The notes: generated by a model not told the origin, from the sequence alone. 64,000 nucleotides of DNA from an uncultured Gammaproteobacteria bacterium (GCA_964444415.1 CAYUHE010000005.1:5456-69455), one strand, 5' to 3'. Shown: positions 53,755-62,995, numbered from the stretch's first letter. Numbers and translations: made by a program.

Positions 53755-54735
53755 TTACACCAAAGCGACTTCTATTGAGGTCATTTCAAAAACATCTTTG
53801 TATTCATTATATTTAGCAACTTCAATTGAAGGCATTTCGAGAATATCTTGGAATTCATTACATCTTTCGAAGAATTGTTCATTTGTAATCATTTTAAGTC
53901 TGTCAACGCCAAACTCCTGTGCTGTAAACGATGCAAGGACTGTACCTGATATCATAGAGCGTTTCAAAGTTTGAAAATCGACTCTGGATTCTTGCGATAA
54001 ATACCCCAAAAGCCCACCAGCAAAAGTATCTCCTGCCCCTGTAGGATCTTTAACATCAGAGAGAGGGTATGCAGGCAAAATAAATATTTCACCATCTTTT
54101 GAGAACAGCATAGAGCCATGTTCACCTTTTTTGATTATCACATATTCAGGCCCCATCTCAAGAATTCTTTGAGCAGCTAAAACAAGATTTTCTTCCCCTG
54201 TAAGCATTTTTGCTTCTTTATCATTAACCAAAAGCATATTTATTCTTTTTATCACTTCATTTAGCATTTCGGGCATGGTTTTTATCCACAAATTCATTGT
54301 GTCACACATAACAAAACGCGGATTATCCAATTGAGAAAGCACATTAAGCTGTAAATCAGGGTGAATATTCGCCAAAAATACAAAATCGGCATTTTTTTGA
54401 TAATCATTCAATACAGGATTGAAATTCGCAAAAGAATTCAATTGCGTTTCAATAGTCTTAGCCTCACTCATATCACCGCTGTACTCGCCATGCCATCTAA
54501 AAGTTTTGCCTTGTCTTACCTCAAGTCCTTCCAAATTGATGTCTTTGGACTGAAGAAGCTCTGTATATAATTGCGGAAAGTCTTCTCCGATAACGCCTAC
54601 TATATTTACAGGCGTAAAAAGCCTTGCTGCAATTGATGAATAAGATATTGAACCCCCAAGAATTTGCTGTTTTTCCCCATGAGGCGTTTTTAGGTTATCA
54701 AGACCGATAGAACCTATAATTAGTACTTCTTTCAT
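53755..54735 (-). CDS. PfkB-family carbohydrate/nucleoside kinase with a C-terminal extension
   Basis: GAGDTFAGG anion-hole motif. N-terminal GSIGLD pattern. Confidence 0.8.
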   Translation of the reverse strand: MKEVLIIGSIGLDNLKTPHGEKQQILGGSISYSSIAARLFTPVNIVGVIGEDFPQLYTELLQSKDINLEGLEVRQGKTFRWHGEYSGDMSEAKTIETQLNSFANFNPVLNDYQKNADFVFLANIHPDLQLNVLSQLDNPRFVMCDTMNLWIKTMPEMLNEVIKRINMLLVNDKEAKMLTGEENLVLAAQRILEMGPEYVIIKKGEHGSMLFSKDGEIFILPAYPLSDVKDPTGAGDTFAGGLLGYLSQESRVDFQTLKRSMISGTVLASFTAQEFGVDRLKMITNEQFFERCNEFQDILEMPSIEVAKYNEYKDVFEMTSIEVALV

Positions 54736-54842
54736 TCCTTCTCCCGATGGTTGTATTACTAAAAAACTATACCAAAAAAAAGCTGCTGATTATCATTTGA
54801 GAAGATATTTTTTTACATTAATTAACTCTATTGTCCTGTTTC

Positions 54843-54879
54843 AAGTAAGTCTGCTATTTAACCAATACCAGACTTACTT
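54843..54879. repeat. 11-bp inverted repeat AAGTAAGTCTG / CAGACTTACTT (15-nt loop)
   Basis: Arms at 54843-54853 and 54869-54879, in the divergent intergenic region. Confidence 0.65.
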
Positions 54880-54901
54880 TCACACTTCTGAGGTCGGTTA
54901 T

Positions 54902-54938
54902 GAAAAAGTCTCGAATTTGTAAAATTCGGACTTTTTTC
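54902..54938. repeat. Long near-perfect hairpin/palindrome (about 16 bp with two single-nt bulges) ending in a T-run
   Basis: GAAAAAGTC(T)CGAATTT-GTA-AAATTCGGACTTTTT(T)C, read directly. Confidence 0.65.
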
Positions 54939-55022
54939 ATGTCCTCCTACAAAAAGCTTTATTTCACAAGAATATTTTAAAATGTTATAATCGTTATTAT
55001 AAAAGAGTTTTAGGATGAAAAA

Positions 55023-55412
55023 ATGGTAAAAACAATTCATTGGCCAGAAGAATTTGAACAAGAAATAATGTCTGAAGCCACAGGTTCAACACATTTGGCA
55101 ATAAGACCAGGGCGACTTTATTTCGATACCAAATACTTCAAAAAAGGCGATATCATTGACATAAGAATCGGCAATAAAGTTATACGAAAAGGCATGGTGC
55201 AAGATGAATTGAAATCTTCAAAAATCAAAGATTTGACCCAAGCTGATTATAATCTTTTAAAAAATTCTATTAAAAACAAAGAAGCTTTAAAAGATTTTTT
55301 GTCCAAAAGATATAGTGTATGTATAGATGACAACAGCGAAATTACTCTTGTAGCGTACAATAACATGAATTTGGTGTATTTAAAGGAGAATGAAGACCCT
55401 CACTTCTGTTAA
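55023..55412 (+). CDS. Hypothetical protein, possibly ASCH/PUA-like fold
   Basis: 129-aa ORF. The pattern ...GDIIDIRIGNKVI..G.V...K..KIKDLTQADY... is reminiscent of ASCH domains. Weak call from memory. Confidence 0.4.
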   Translation: MVKTIHWPEEFEQEIMSEATGSTHLAIRPGRLYFDTKYFKKGDIIDIRIGNKVIRKGMVQDELKSSKIKDLTQADYNLLKNSIKNKEALKDFLSKRYSVCIDDNSEITLVAYNNMNLVYLKENEDPHFC

Positions 55413-55550
55413 GATATATTAATGAACTAAAGACATATTTGTAAATTTAATAAATGGTTTTTATTTTTTAATAGTGAACAAACACCTTAATATCATTAAA
55501 TTTAAAAAACAAACACTAGATTAACCTAATAAAACCACAGGGGGAAGCTC

Positions 55551-55841
55551 ATGAACGAACAGAGGAAACTCAAACTAACAAGCAAAATCAAAGAAATAGG
55601 TCCAAAACTCAAATGGATGTTGTTCTCTGAATTACAAGATTTGAAAATTGGTGCTCAATATCTAGACTTCATTTGTCCTGATATTCAACAACAGCCTAAA
55701 AACGCAACAGAAAAATTGGAAGCTATTGTAAGAGAGTCTTTAATCAAAGAATTTTCACCAAGCATCCAAAACATGAAATCTTTTGATTTATTAGTAGATG
55801 CTGTATGTCACAACATTAAGAAAAAACAGTTAAAAGACTAG
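55551..55841 (+). CDS. Hypothetical 96-aa protein
   Basis: GGGGGAAG SD 4 nt upstream. Followed by a terminator. Confidence 0.55.
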   Translation: MNEQRKLKLTSKIKEIGPKLKWMLFSELQDLKIGAQYLDFICPDIQQQPKNATEKLEAIVRESLIKEFSPSIQNMKSFDLLVDAVCHNIKKKQLKD

Positions 55842-55862
55842 GAAATTAAAAAACAAAATCAA

Positions 55863-55908
55863 AATAAGAGATGTAGCGAATTACTTTTGCGGCATCTCTT
55901 ATTTTTAA
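55863..55908 (+). terminator. Terminator (AATAAGAGATG ... CATCTCTTATT plus T-run)
   Basis: 11-bp stem with a 19-nt loop, followed by TTTTT. Confidence 0.5.
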
Positions 55909-56032
55909 ATATCGTGTTTTCAAGTCTTGTTTTATTTTTTCTAATCACAAAAGGTATTGTATTTTCGGCGGTAGAAAACTAATAACCTATCGGATATTAT
56001 ACAGTTGTACTTTTTATAAGGAGGTTAGAATT

Positions 56033-56572
56033 ATGAAAAGTTTGATAAAACATAACCGATCAGAAAATTATATCCAAAATCTCCAAGAACAAATGGATAG
56101 AATAATGGAAGATACTTTTGGCAGCTTCAGTCTGTTCAACCTTCCAAAAGAAAATAAACTTTGGAGGCCACCTATTGAAATGTCAGAAAACGAAAGAGAA
56201 TACAAACTAAAACTTCAACTTCCGGGATTTGACAAAAAAGACATCAATGTTGAAGTCGGGACAGATTATATTAGCGTAAAAGCACAGAATTCTTTTGAAA
56301 AAGAACAAAAAAATAAAAATCTGCATAGAAGTGAATTTCGCTATGGGAATTTTATGAGAACAATGTCTTTTCCTAAACTTCTAGACCCTGATAAGGCTAA
56401 AGTCGAATATAAAGATGGTGTACTAAGCATTAATGCTTTAAAAATGGGACAAAAAGAACTGCCTAAAAAAACACCAAAAGCAGTAACAAAGAAAAAAGCT
56501 GCAGCAATCTCACAGAAAACTTCAAAAATTAAAATGAAAAAGAAAACGCCACCCAAAATGGCGAAAAAATAA
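56033..56572 (+). CDS. Hsp20/alpha-crystallin small heat-shock protein with a Lys-rich C-terminal tail
   Basis: ACD strings WRPPIEMSENEREYKLKLQLPGFDKKDINVEV...EFRYGNFMRTMSFP...A.YKDGVL.I. AAGGAGG SD. Confidence 0.88.
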   Translation: MKSLIKHNRSENYIQNLQEQMDRIMEDTFGSFSLFNLPKENKLWRPPIEMSENEREYKLKLQLPGFDKKDINVEVGTDYISVKAQNSFEKEQKNKNLHRSEFRYGNFMRTMSFPKLLDPDKAKVEYKDGVLSINALKMGQKELPKKTPKAVTKKKAAAISQKTSKIKMKKKTPPKMAKK

Positions 56573-56580
56573 AAGACTAA

Positions 56581-56607
56581 AGCTAGAGTTCACTCTAGCT
56601 TTTTTTA
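56581..56607 (+). terminator. Rho-independent terminator (AGCTAGAG-TTCA-CTCTAGCT plus T6)
   Basis: Perfect 8-bp stem immediately followed by TTTTTT. Confidence 0.75.
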
Positions 56608-56651
56608 TTAACAAATTTGTGCTAAACCTTTATTTTTTATATAATTCAGGT

Positions 56652-57455
56652 ATGAAAAATGATTTTTTAAAAGATACTGTTTCATACAAAATAATAAATT
56701 TCATGAAAGACCAGCTTTTGGAAAAAATCTCTATTCTGGTTTACATTGCACAGATTGCAATAAGTGTTTTTAAAGATATATTTAAAGGCAAAATCAATTT
56801 GAGGCATACTTTCAATCAGGCATCAAGATTTGGTGTTGATTCTTTACCTTTAGCAATCATTATTGTCGGCATATCGGGTATGATTATTGCATTACAGGTC
56901 ACGTCAGAAATGGTAAAACAAGGCGCTACAGATTATGTAGGCGCACTTATTGCCCTTGTAATTATAAGAGAAATTGCCCCTATTATGGGCGGATTTGCCA
57001 TTATATCGATGGTTGGTTCATCAATGGCTGCTGAAATAGCTACTATGAAAGTAACAGAGCAAGTTGATGCAATAAAAATCTGCCAAGTAGACCCAATAAA
57101 TTATCTTATTACACCTAGAGTGGTTGCGGGATTTTTTGTAATGCCTTCTGTTATAGTTATTGCAACATTTATCGGTATAGCAGCAGCTTTTTTACCCGTA
57201 AAAGCTATTGCTGATATAAGCTTAGCCTCTTATATGGACTCTGTTTGGCTTGGACTGAAAGAAAAAGATCTTTGGGTTGAAGTCCTCAAATCTGCCGTCT
57301 TTGGGATTACTATCGCGCTTGTATGCTCATCTTTCGGGTACAGAACAAAAGGCGGCGCTATTGATGTCGGCATTTCGACAACAAATGCTGTTGTATACGC
57401 TTTTATAATAGTTGTTATACTGGATTTTATGATTTCATATATGTTTTTCTACTAA
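56652..57455 (+). CDS. mlaE: ABC transporter permease, MlaE family
   Basis: MlaE-like core (ALQVTSEM..GA.DYVGALIAL..REIAP, MKVTEQVDA). Followed by MlaF and MlaD homologues. Confidence 0.85.
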   Translation: MKNDFLKDTVSYKIINFMKDQLLEKISILVYIAQIAISVFKDIFKGKINLRHTFNQASRFGVDSLPLAIIIVGISGMIIALQVTSEMVKQGATDYVGALIALVIIREIAPIMGGFAIISMVGSSMAAEIATMKVTEQVDAIKICQVDPINYLITPRVVAGFFVMPSVIVIATFIGIAAAFLPVKAIADISLASYMDSVWLGLKEKDLWVEVLKSAVFGITIALVCSSFGYRTKGGAIDVGISTTNAVVYAFIIVVILDFMISYMFFY

Positions 57456-57469
57456 GAATGGACTGAATA

Positions 57470-58195
57470 ATGATTAAATTTGAACACGTTACAAAAAAAT
57501 ACGATAATAAAACCGTCATAGAAAACCTCAGTTTCGAGGTGTCAGAAGGTGAAACTCTCGCAATAGTAGGGTTTAGCGGCACAGGCAAAAGTACGGCGCT
57601 CAAAATAATCAGCGGATTGATAGAACCTGATTCAGGCATGGTGCATTTAGCCAGCGAAAATATGTCGATGGTTTTTCAATATTCGGCATTATTTGATTCT
57701 TTAAACATCTACGAAAATGTCGCATTTGCTTTTCACGAGAGAGAAGACCTTAAACATAAGTACACTGAAACACAAATCAAACAAATTGTTTCTGAAAAAC
57801 TTCGGCTCGTGGGCTTGCAAAACATTGAAGAACTTTTACCCAGCGAGCTTTCAGGAGGCATGCAAAAAAGGGTAAGTTTTGCCAGAGCAATAGTTACAAA
57901 CCCCAAAATAATTTTGTATGATGAGCCGACAGCCGGCTTGGATCCTGTATCATCAACGGTTATTGAGGATTATATAATAAGACTTAAACAAGAACTCAAA
58001 GCCGCTTCTATAGTTGTTACGCACCAAATGTCAACAATAAAAAGAACAGCTGATCGAATAATTATGCTCTATGGCGGCAAAATCGTATGGCAAGGGACCC
58101 CTGAAGAGTTATTAAAAGCCGAAGACCCTTACGCTTACCAGTTTGTAAATGCAAAAAGAGAAGGCCCAATGAGAACAACCGCCGAAGCTCATTAA
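57470..58195 (+). CDS. mlaF: ABC transporter ATP-binding protein, MlaF family
   Basis: Walker A GFSGTGKST, signature LSGGMQKRVSFARA, Walker B ILYDEPTAGLDP. Confidence 0.87.
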   Translation: MIKFEHVTKKYDNKTVIENLSFEVSEGETLAIVGFSGTGKSTALKIISGLIEPDSGMVHLASENMSMVFQYSALFDSLNIYENVAFAFHEREDLKHKYTETQIKQIVSEKLRLVGLQNIEELLPSELSGGMQKRVSFARAIVTNPKIILYDEPTAGLDPVSSTVIEDYIIRLKQELKAASIVVTHQMSTIKRTADRIIMLYGGKIVWQGTPEELLKAEDPYAYQFVNAKREGPMRTTAEAH

Positions 58196-58252
58196 AATAA
58201 ACTATTGTCTTTTATCTGGAATTTGAATTAGAATTTGTTATAAGAGGTATAT

Positions 58253-59608
58253 ATGAAACTAACTTCAAGCTTAAAAGTAGGAATATTAACTCTGGTTGCT
58301 GTATTGATAATGATTGTCAGTATTGGCTGGCTTAAAGGCCGTTCTATATCAGAAGGCGAACGTCTCACTCTCAAATTTTATGATATTGCAGGACTAAGGC
58401 TTGGTGCCCCTGTACAAATGATGGGGTATCGAGTTGGACAAGTTGAAGAAATTCAACCTGTTTTTGATGGAAAAGAAAGTTTTATGAACGTAAAAATAGT
58501 AATAACTGACTCTCAGACCAAAATCCCCCAAGCTTCTTTAATCTCAATTCAACAATCAGGCGTCATCGGCGAAAAATTTGTCGAAATAACACCGCCGCAG
58601 GCAAAAATAGCTTATATCGCCAAATTTGACAATTCACCACCGTTAATAACCAAAGATAAAAAAGTTCAAATATTCATAGACGGAAAATATCAAGATATTG
58701 GAAAAGTTATTTCTGTAAAAGTAATTGATGCAAGAGCCTTATCAGAAAGCCATCAAAAAGAATTCAAAACACCTTTTGCTTATGAAATCACTTATATGAT
58801 TACCACAACAGGAATTATTGTGCCTACGGATATAAGCGGAGAAATTGGGAAGTCAAACGATTTGATTTTATTGCCTCTGGATAGTGAAATAATCAAATAT
58901 TATTCAGATACTACGAATTATACGGTCATAGAACCTTTAAGAATTTCAGAATTTATGGATGTTCAATTCCAGGCAGCAAAGGCATTTAGCGAAATAAACA
59001 ATAAAATAAATACACTTCTTTCAGAAGATGTTTTAGACGATACTCAAATAACTCTTGCCAACATAAAAAATGTCTCTATAGCAGCTGCCGATGCCGTTAC
59101 AAAAGCTGATGCCCTAATAAATGCCACCAGAGGTGATATAGAGCAAACAGTTTCCCTGTCATGCCAACTTACTAAAGAAATTACAACCTTAACAACAAAT
59201 TTGAACAGCATTGTAGGTGACACAGAATTCAAAACTTCTATAACCAAAACAGCTGATTCACTAGATACCACAAGCAAAACCTTGAACTCTCTTTTGACTG
59301 ATAAAGAAACTCAAGAAACTCTCAAATATCTAAGAGAAACTTCAAAAAATATGTCCGAACTTTCCGCTTCAGTTAATGAAATCGCAAAAGATGACAAATT
59401 CAAGGCCGAAGTAAAAATGACAGCAACAAATTTGAACCAATCCCTAAATGCCCTTGAAGGTGCTCTTGGAGCTGTTCAAAATATTTCGCCTGAAGATAAA
59501 CAAAATATTCAAGGTACATTAGCCGATACAGCAGAATTAACCAAGAACTTGAAAAAGTTCTCAGAGAAGCTAAATAAAAGATTCTTATTATTCAGATTGA
59601 TGTTCTAA
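58253..59608 (+). CDS. MCE/MlaD-domain protein with a long C-terminal coiled-coil-like extension
   Basis: N-terminal TM anchor, then an MCE core (GLRLGAPVQMMGYRVGQVEEI) and a ~230-aa Thr/Lys/Glu-rich helical tail. Confidence 0.75.
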   Translation: MKLTSSLKVGILTLVAVLIMIVSIGWLKGRSISEGERLTLKFYDIAGLRLGAPVQMMGYRVGQVEEIQPVFDGKESFMNVKIVITDSQTKIPQASLISIQQSGVIGEKFVEITPPQAKIAYIAKFDNSPPLITKDKKVQIFIDGKYQDIGKVISVKVIDARALSESHQKEFKTPFAYEITYMITTTGIIVPTDISGEIGKSNDLILLPLDSEIIKYYSDTTNYTVIEPLRISEFMDVQFQAAKAFSEINNKINTLLSEDVLDDTQITLANIKNVSIAAADAVTKADALINATRGDIEQTVSLSCQLTKEITTLTTNLNSIVGDTEFKTSITKTADSLDTTSKTLNSLLTDKETQETLKYLRETSKNMSELSASVNEIAKDDKFKAEVKMTATNLNQSLNALEGALGAVQNISPEDKQNIQGTLADTAELTKNLKKFSEKLNKRFLLFRLMF

Positions 59609-60699
59609 TGAAAAAATTTATACACAAAATACACTATTCGCAAGATTTGAAGATACATCATTTACTTTTCAAACTGCTCTTGTCTATCGGAAGTATTTTT
59701 TATGGAATAGCAATAAATTTGCGTAATTTTTTGTATTTTATAAGAATTTTGCCAAAAACCAAACTTGATAGAGTTGTAATTTCTATCGGAAACCTTACAA
59801 CAGGTGGCACAGGCAAAACACCTATCACTGCCGAGTTAGCACGAATGCTTGCAAAATCAGGCAAGAAAATAGCTATTCTATCAAGAGGTTATGGCGGTTC
59901 TTTAGATTCTAAAGAAGTAAATTTGATTTCAAACGGCGAAAAAGTCTTTTATACAGCTAAAGAAGCCGGTGATGAACCTTTTTGGATGGCAAATAACATC
60001 AAAAATGTTTTCGTAATTACCTGTAAAGACCGCATCAAAGCTGCAAAATGGGCTATAAAAGAGTTTGGTATAGATATTTTTATACTTGATGACGGTTATC
60101 AATACGTAAAATTGAAACGGGATTTGAATATTCTTCTCATTGACGGACACAAAAAATTCGGAAATAATATGCTTTTACCTGCAGGTCCTCTGAGAGAACC
60201 TATTTCTGAAATAAAACGTGCCGATAGAATAATTGTAGTAAATAAAATTCCTTATATCCAAAAAAGTCTCAAAGATTGCCGTGCTTACGCAAGACATTTG
60301 ATAAAAAAATATGACAAAGAAGTTTTCGGATGCAGTACTGTGGCAACAGGCGTCTATAATGTGGACCAAAACATACCTGTTTTTGACCCACAAAAAGTCT
60401 ATGCCTTCACAGGAATTGCTCAGCCGGATTTTTTCTTTGCCGCCATAGAATCACACAGACACAAATTAGTTAAAAAACTTGAATTTGATGACCACCATGC
60501 CTATACTGCTGAGGATTTGTCCCATATAATAACCGAAGCTAAAATATCAGGGGCAAATATCATTGTCACAACAGAAAAAGACATCGTAAAAATAAAACCT
60601 TTGATAGAAAATATGAAAACTGATATTCCTATTTATGTTTTAAAACTTTCAATCGAATTGGATATAGCAAATCTACTAAAAGGGGTAGTTGCTTATTAA
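59608..60699 (+). CDS. lpxK: Tetraacyldisaccharide 4'-kinase
   Basis: P-loop GNLTTGGTGKTP, ILSRGYGG, DDGYQ. The ATG overlaps the mlaD-like stop (TAATG). Confidence 0.9.
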   Translation: MKKFIHKIHYSQDLKIHHLLFKLLLSIGSIFYGIAINLRNFLYFIRILPKTKLDRVVISIGNLTTGGTGKTPITAELARMLAKSGKKIAILSRGYGGSLDSKEVNLISNGEKVFYTAKEAGDEPFWMANNIKNVFVITCKDRIKAAKWAIKEFGIDIFILDDGYQYVKLKRDLNILLIDGHKKFGNNMLLPAGPLREPISEIKRADRIIVVNKIPYIQKSLKDCRAYARHLIKKYDKEVFGCSTVATGVYNVDQNIPVFDPQKVYAFTGIAQPDFFFAAIESHRHKLVKKLEFDDHHAYTAEDLSHIITEAKISGANIIVTTEKDIVKIKPLIENMKTDIPIYVLKLSIELDIANLLKGVVAY

Positions 60700-60782
60700 A
60701 TTTGGTTTGTATTAATATTTAACCAATATAACTATTGTATTTTATTTACGTAAATAAAATAATTATAAAAAAGGAGGCTCAA

Positions 60783-61022
60783 ATGGTAACAGTATTCGGA
60801 ATCAAACTTTTAAACAGAATAAATACAGCTACTGATTTTCAATCTATTATTACAAAATATGGATGTTCTATCAAAACAAGAATAGGACTTCATGAAGTTG
60901 CAGACGGTGTTTGTTCGCCTAGTGGGGTTATTTTGCTTGAATTTATCGGACAAGATGCTGATGATTTTGAAAAAGAAGTTTCCGCTCTTGGAGATGTGAA
61001 AATTCAAAAAATGGTGTTTTAA
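60783..61022 (+). CDS. Small (79 aa) ACT-like protein, possibly TM1266-type regulator family
   Basis: AAGGAGG SD 6 nt upstream of ATG 60783. Beta-alpha-beta pattern VFGIKLL...GVILLEFIG...VKIQKMVF. Family call is from memory and weak. Confidence 0.35.
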   Translation: MVTVFGIKLLNRINTATDFQSIITKYGCSIKTRIGLHEVADGVCSPSGVILLEFIGQDADDFEKEVSALGDVKIQKMVF

Positions 61023-61045
61023 TTAATTAATAGTCTCAAACAAAA

Positions 61046-61082
61046 AAGCCGAAATAACCTTTTTTAGAGAATGTTTCGGCTT
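61046..61082. terminator. Possible bidirectional terminator (AAGCCGAAA ... TTTCGGCTT, large loop)
   Basis: 9-bp arms at 61046-61054 and 61074-61082, flanked by an A-run and a T-run, between convergent genes. Confidence 0.4.
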
Positions 61083-61105
61083 TTTATTATTTTCTTAAGA
61101 ATTTA

Positions 61106-61921
61106 TTACGTTCTTAATAGTCCCAGAACTGTTGAATGTGTTGAATTAGCTACTGATTGCATAGTAACTGCTGCAGATGATAAAATTTTGGCGTTTACCA
61201 AATTGCTCATTTCCTGCGCGATGTTTGTGTCGCGAATTGTAGAATATGAAGCTGTGATATTTTCTGCCGCAACTTGTTTGCGTTCAACAGCGGTATCAAG
61301 AGCTTTTGATATAGATCCAAGCTCCGATCTTCTGCTATTAACTTCTGTTTGGGCTTGATCAATTTTGTCAACCAGAGCCAAAGCATTAGTAGGATTGCTT
61401 ATATCAACGCTGTTAATTCCCAATGAAGCCTGAGAAGCGTTTTTAAAGCCCTTATTAACCGTTATTGGGGTTTGTTGATCAAGCATTAATTGTGTACCAT
61501 TTGCGGATCCATCTAATAGCTTTTTATCGCTAAAAGTTGAACTTTGCGAAATACGATTGTTTTCTGCACTAAGCTGATTGACTTCTTCTTGCATCATAGC
61601 TCTTTCAGAATCGCCATAAACGCCATTTGCAGACTGAATAGCCAAATCACGAATTCTTTGGTTATTCTGCGAAATCATACCTAAGTCAGAATCTGCCACT
61701 TTCGTCATGGCCTGTTCCATTCTGGAATTGTTGATGGAAGTTGTGTAGCTTCTTTCTTGCGATTTTAATTTTTCAGAAAGTGCCAAGTCTGCTGCTCCAT
61801 CTGAGGCAGAGTTGATTTGCAATCCAGTTGAAAGCTTTTGGACTGCAAGGAGAAGTTTTTTGTTCGCGGCCTCTTGGGTCTGCGAAATCGAATTGTAAAT
61901 GTTGTTAAGTTCAAAACTCAT
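61106..61921 (-). CDS. Flagellin-family protein (short flagellin or FlgL-like, 271 aa)
   Basis: N-terminal LSTGLQINSASDGAADLALSEKL and C-terminal DTNIAQEMSNLVNAKILSSAAVTMQSVANSTHSTVLGLLR match the conserved flagellin N and C helices. Confidence 0.8.
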   Translation of the reverse strand: MSFELNNIYNSISQTQEAANKKLLLAVQKLSTGLQINSASDGAADLALSEKLKSQERSYTTSINNSRMEQAMTKVADSDLGMISQNNQRIRDLAIQSANGVYGDSERAMMQEEVNQLSAENNRISQSSTFSDKKLLDGSANGTQLMLDQQTPITVNKGFKNASQASLGINSVDISNPTNALALVDKIDQAQTEVNSRRSELGSISKALDTAVERKQVAAENITASYSTIRDTNIAQEMSNLVNAKILSSAAVTMQSVANSTHSTVLGLLRT

Positions 61922-62134
61922 TGGATACTCCTTATCTTTGTGTTACATCCTTGTGGGAATATTATTCCCTACTGGTTTATACCCGATGAGATATTCGCTT
62001 TATCATAAGTTTTGTAAACTTTATTGTATTAACCCTGTATTTAAGCTTATTAAGGCTTACAAAATTTACAATCCTTAATATTATTAGCTGTTATTATGTT
62101 TTTATAGCGTATTTTTATATTTGCAGAGGGATTT

Positions 62135-62995
62135 ATGAGAGTTTTTAAAACAATTATAACTTTTATTTTTATACTGAGCCTTTTATTATTTAATGCATCT
62201 GACAGTTATGCTTTTTGCAATGTCTCAAAGAGTTTTGTCGAAATAAAAAAAGTTTTTGAACAACAAAAATGTTTTCTTAACGGAGCAAAAATAGACAACC
62301 TCAAAAATCTTTATTCGGAAGATTATATGAGCAACGATGGCTTTAACAAGGCTACCTTGTTCGATTTGTATAAAGAAACATTGAAAAATCATCCTGACAT
62401 AAAATACGAGATTGTAGTAACCAAAATCACAGTAGACGGTGATTATGCAACCGTAAAAACCATAAACAAATCAACTGCAACTACCGCCCAAAAGTCAGAA
62501 GTAACAAATGATACTGGGCTTTTAAGCGTAGATATGGAAACTATATTTTATCTACAAAAAAAGGGTGAAATATGGCAAATCGTTGCAGAGCAGACAATCT
62601 CAGAGAGAACATCTTTGCTTTATGGCGAATGTAAAAATGCAGAAATAAAATTATATGCCCCTGAGTTCATTACAGCTGACAAAGAATATACTGTAGGGTT
62701 AGAGCTGCCCGAAAAATACGCCCAATTCGCAATGGGGTCAATAAAAAAAGAATTAATCACATACCCATCTGAGGATCCGGGGGATATTTTCAAAAGCTTT
62801 GACTCATCAGGCAATATCGAAAGAATATTTCAGCCAAACTCCAAAGGGCAAAATGAAACAATAGCAGCCTCTGTAGCTATTGCATCACCTTGTTTGGGAC
62901 CAAATAATAATCTTGATGTAAAAATCTCAGGAATTGGGGTATTATTACAAAGAGTAAATGTATTCTTTGGACCTCAAAAACTGATTAAAAAATGA
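62135..62995 (+). CDS. Secreted hypothetical protein (N-terminal NTF2/SnoaL-like region suspected)
   Basis: Signal peptide IITFIFILSLLLFNASDSYA. Fold guess is from the pattern only. Confidence 0.45.
   Translation: MRVFKTIITFIFILSLLLFNASDSYAFCNVSKSFVEIKKVFEQQKCFLNGAKIDNLKNLYSEDYMSNDGFNKATLFDLYKETLKNHPDIKYEIVVTKITVDGDYATVKTINKSTATTAQKSEVTNDTGLLSVDMETIFYLQKKGEIWQIVAEQTISERTSLLYGECKNAEIKLYAPEFITADKEYTVGLELPEKYAQFAMGSIKKELITYPSEDPGDIFKSFDSSGNIERIFQPNSKGQNETIAASVAIASPCLGPNNNLDVKISGIGVLLQRVNVFFGPQKLIKK

Noticed and set aside
54858-55061. 67-aa minus-strand ORF in the PfkB / ASCH-like intergenic region
   Set aside because: It overlaps the start of the plus-strand gene and the hairpins, has Phe/Asn/Tyr-rich low-complexity composition, and has no usable SD. 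The AGGAGG there is only 2 nt from a different-frame ATG.
62000-62023. Sigma-28 promoter for the flagellin-family gene (TAAAGTTT box on the minus strand)
   Set aside because: The -35-like box is perfect. The only -10 candidate (ATGATAA) is degenerate and about 3 nt too close, so it is not reported as a promoter feature.
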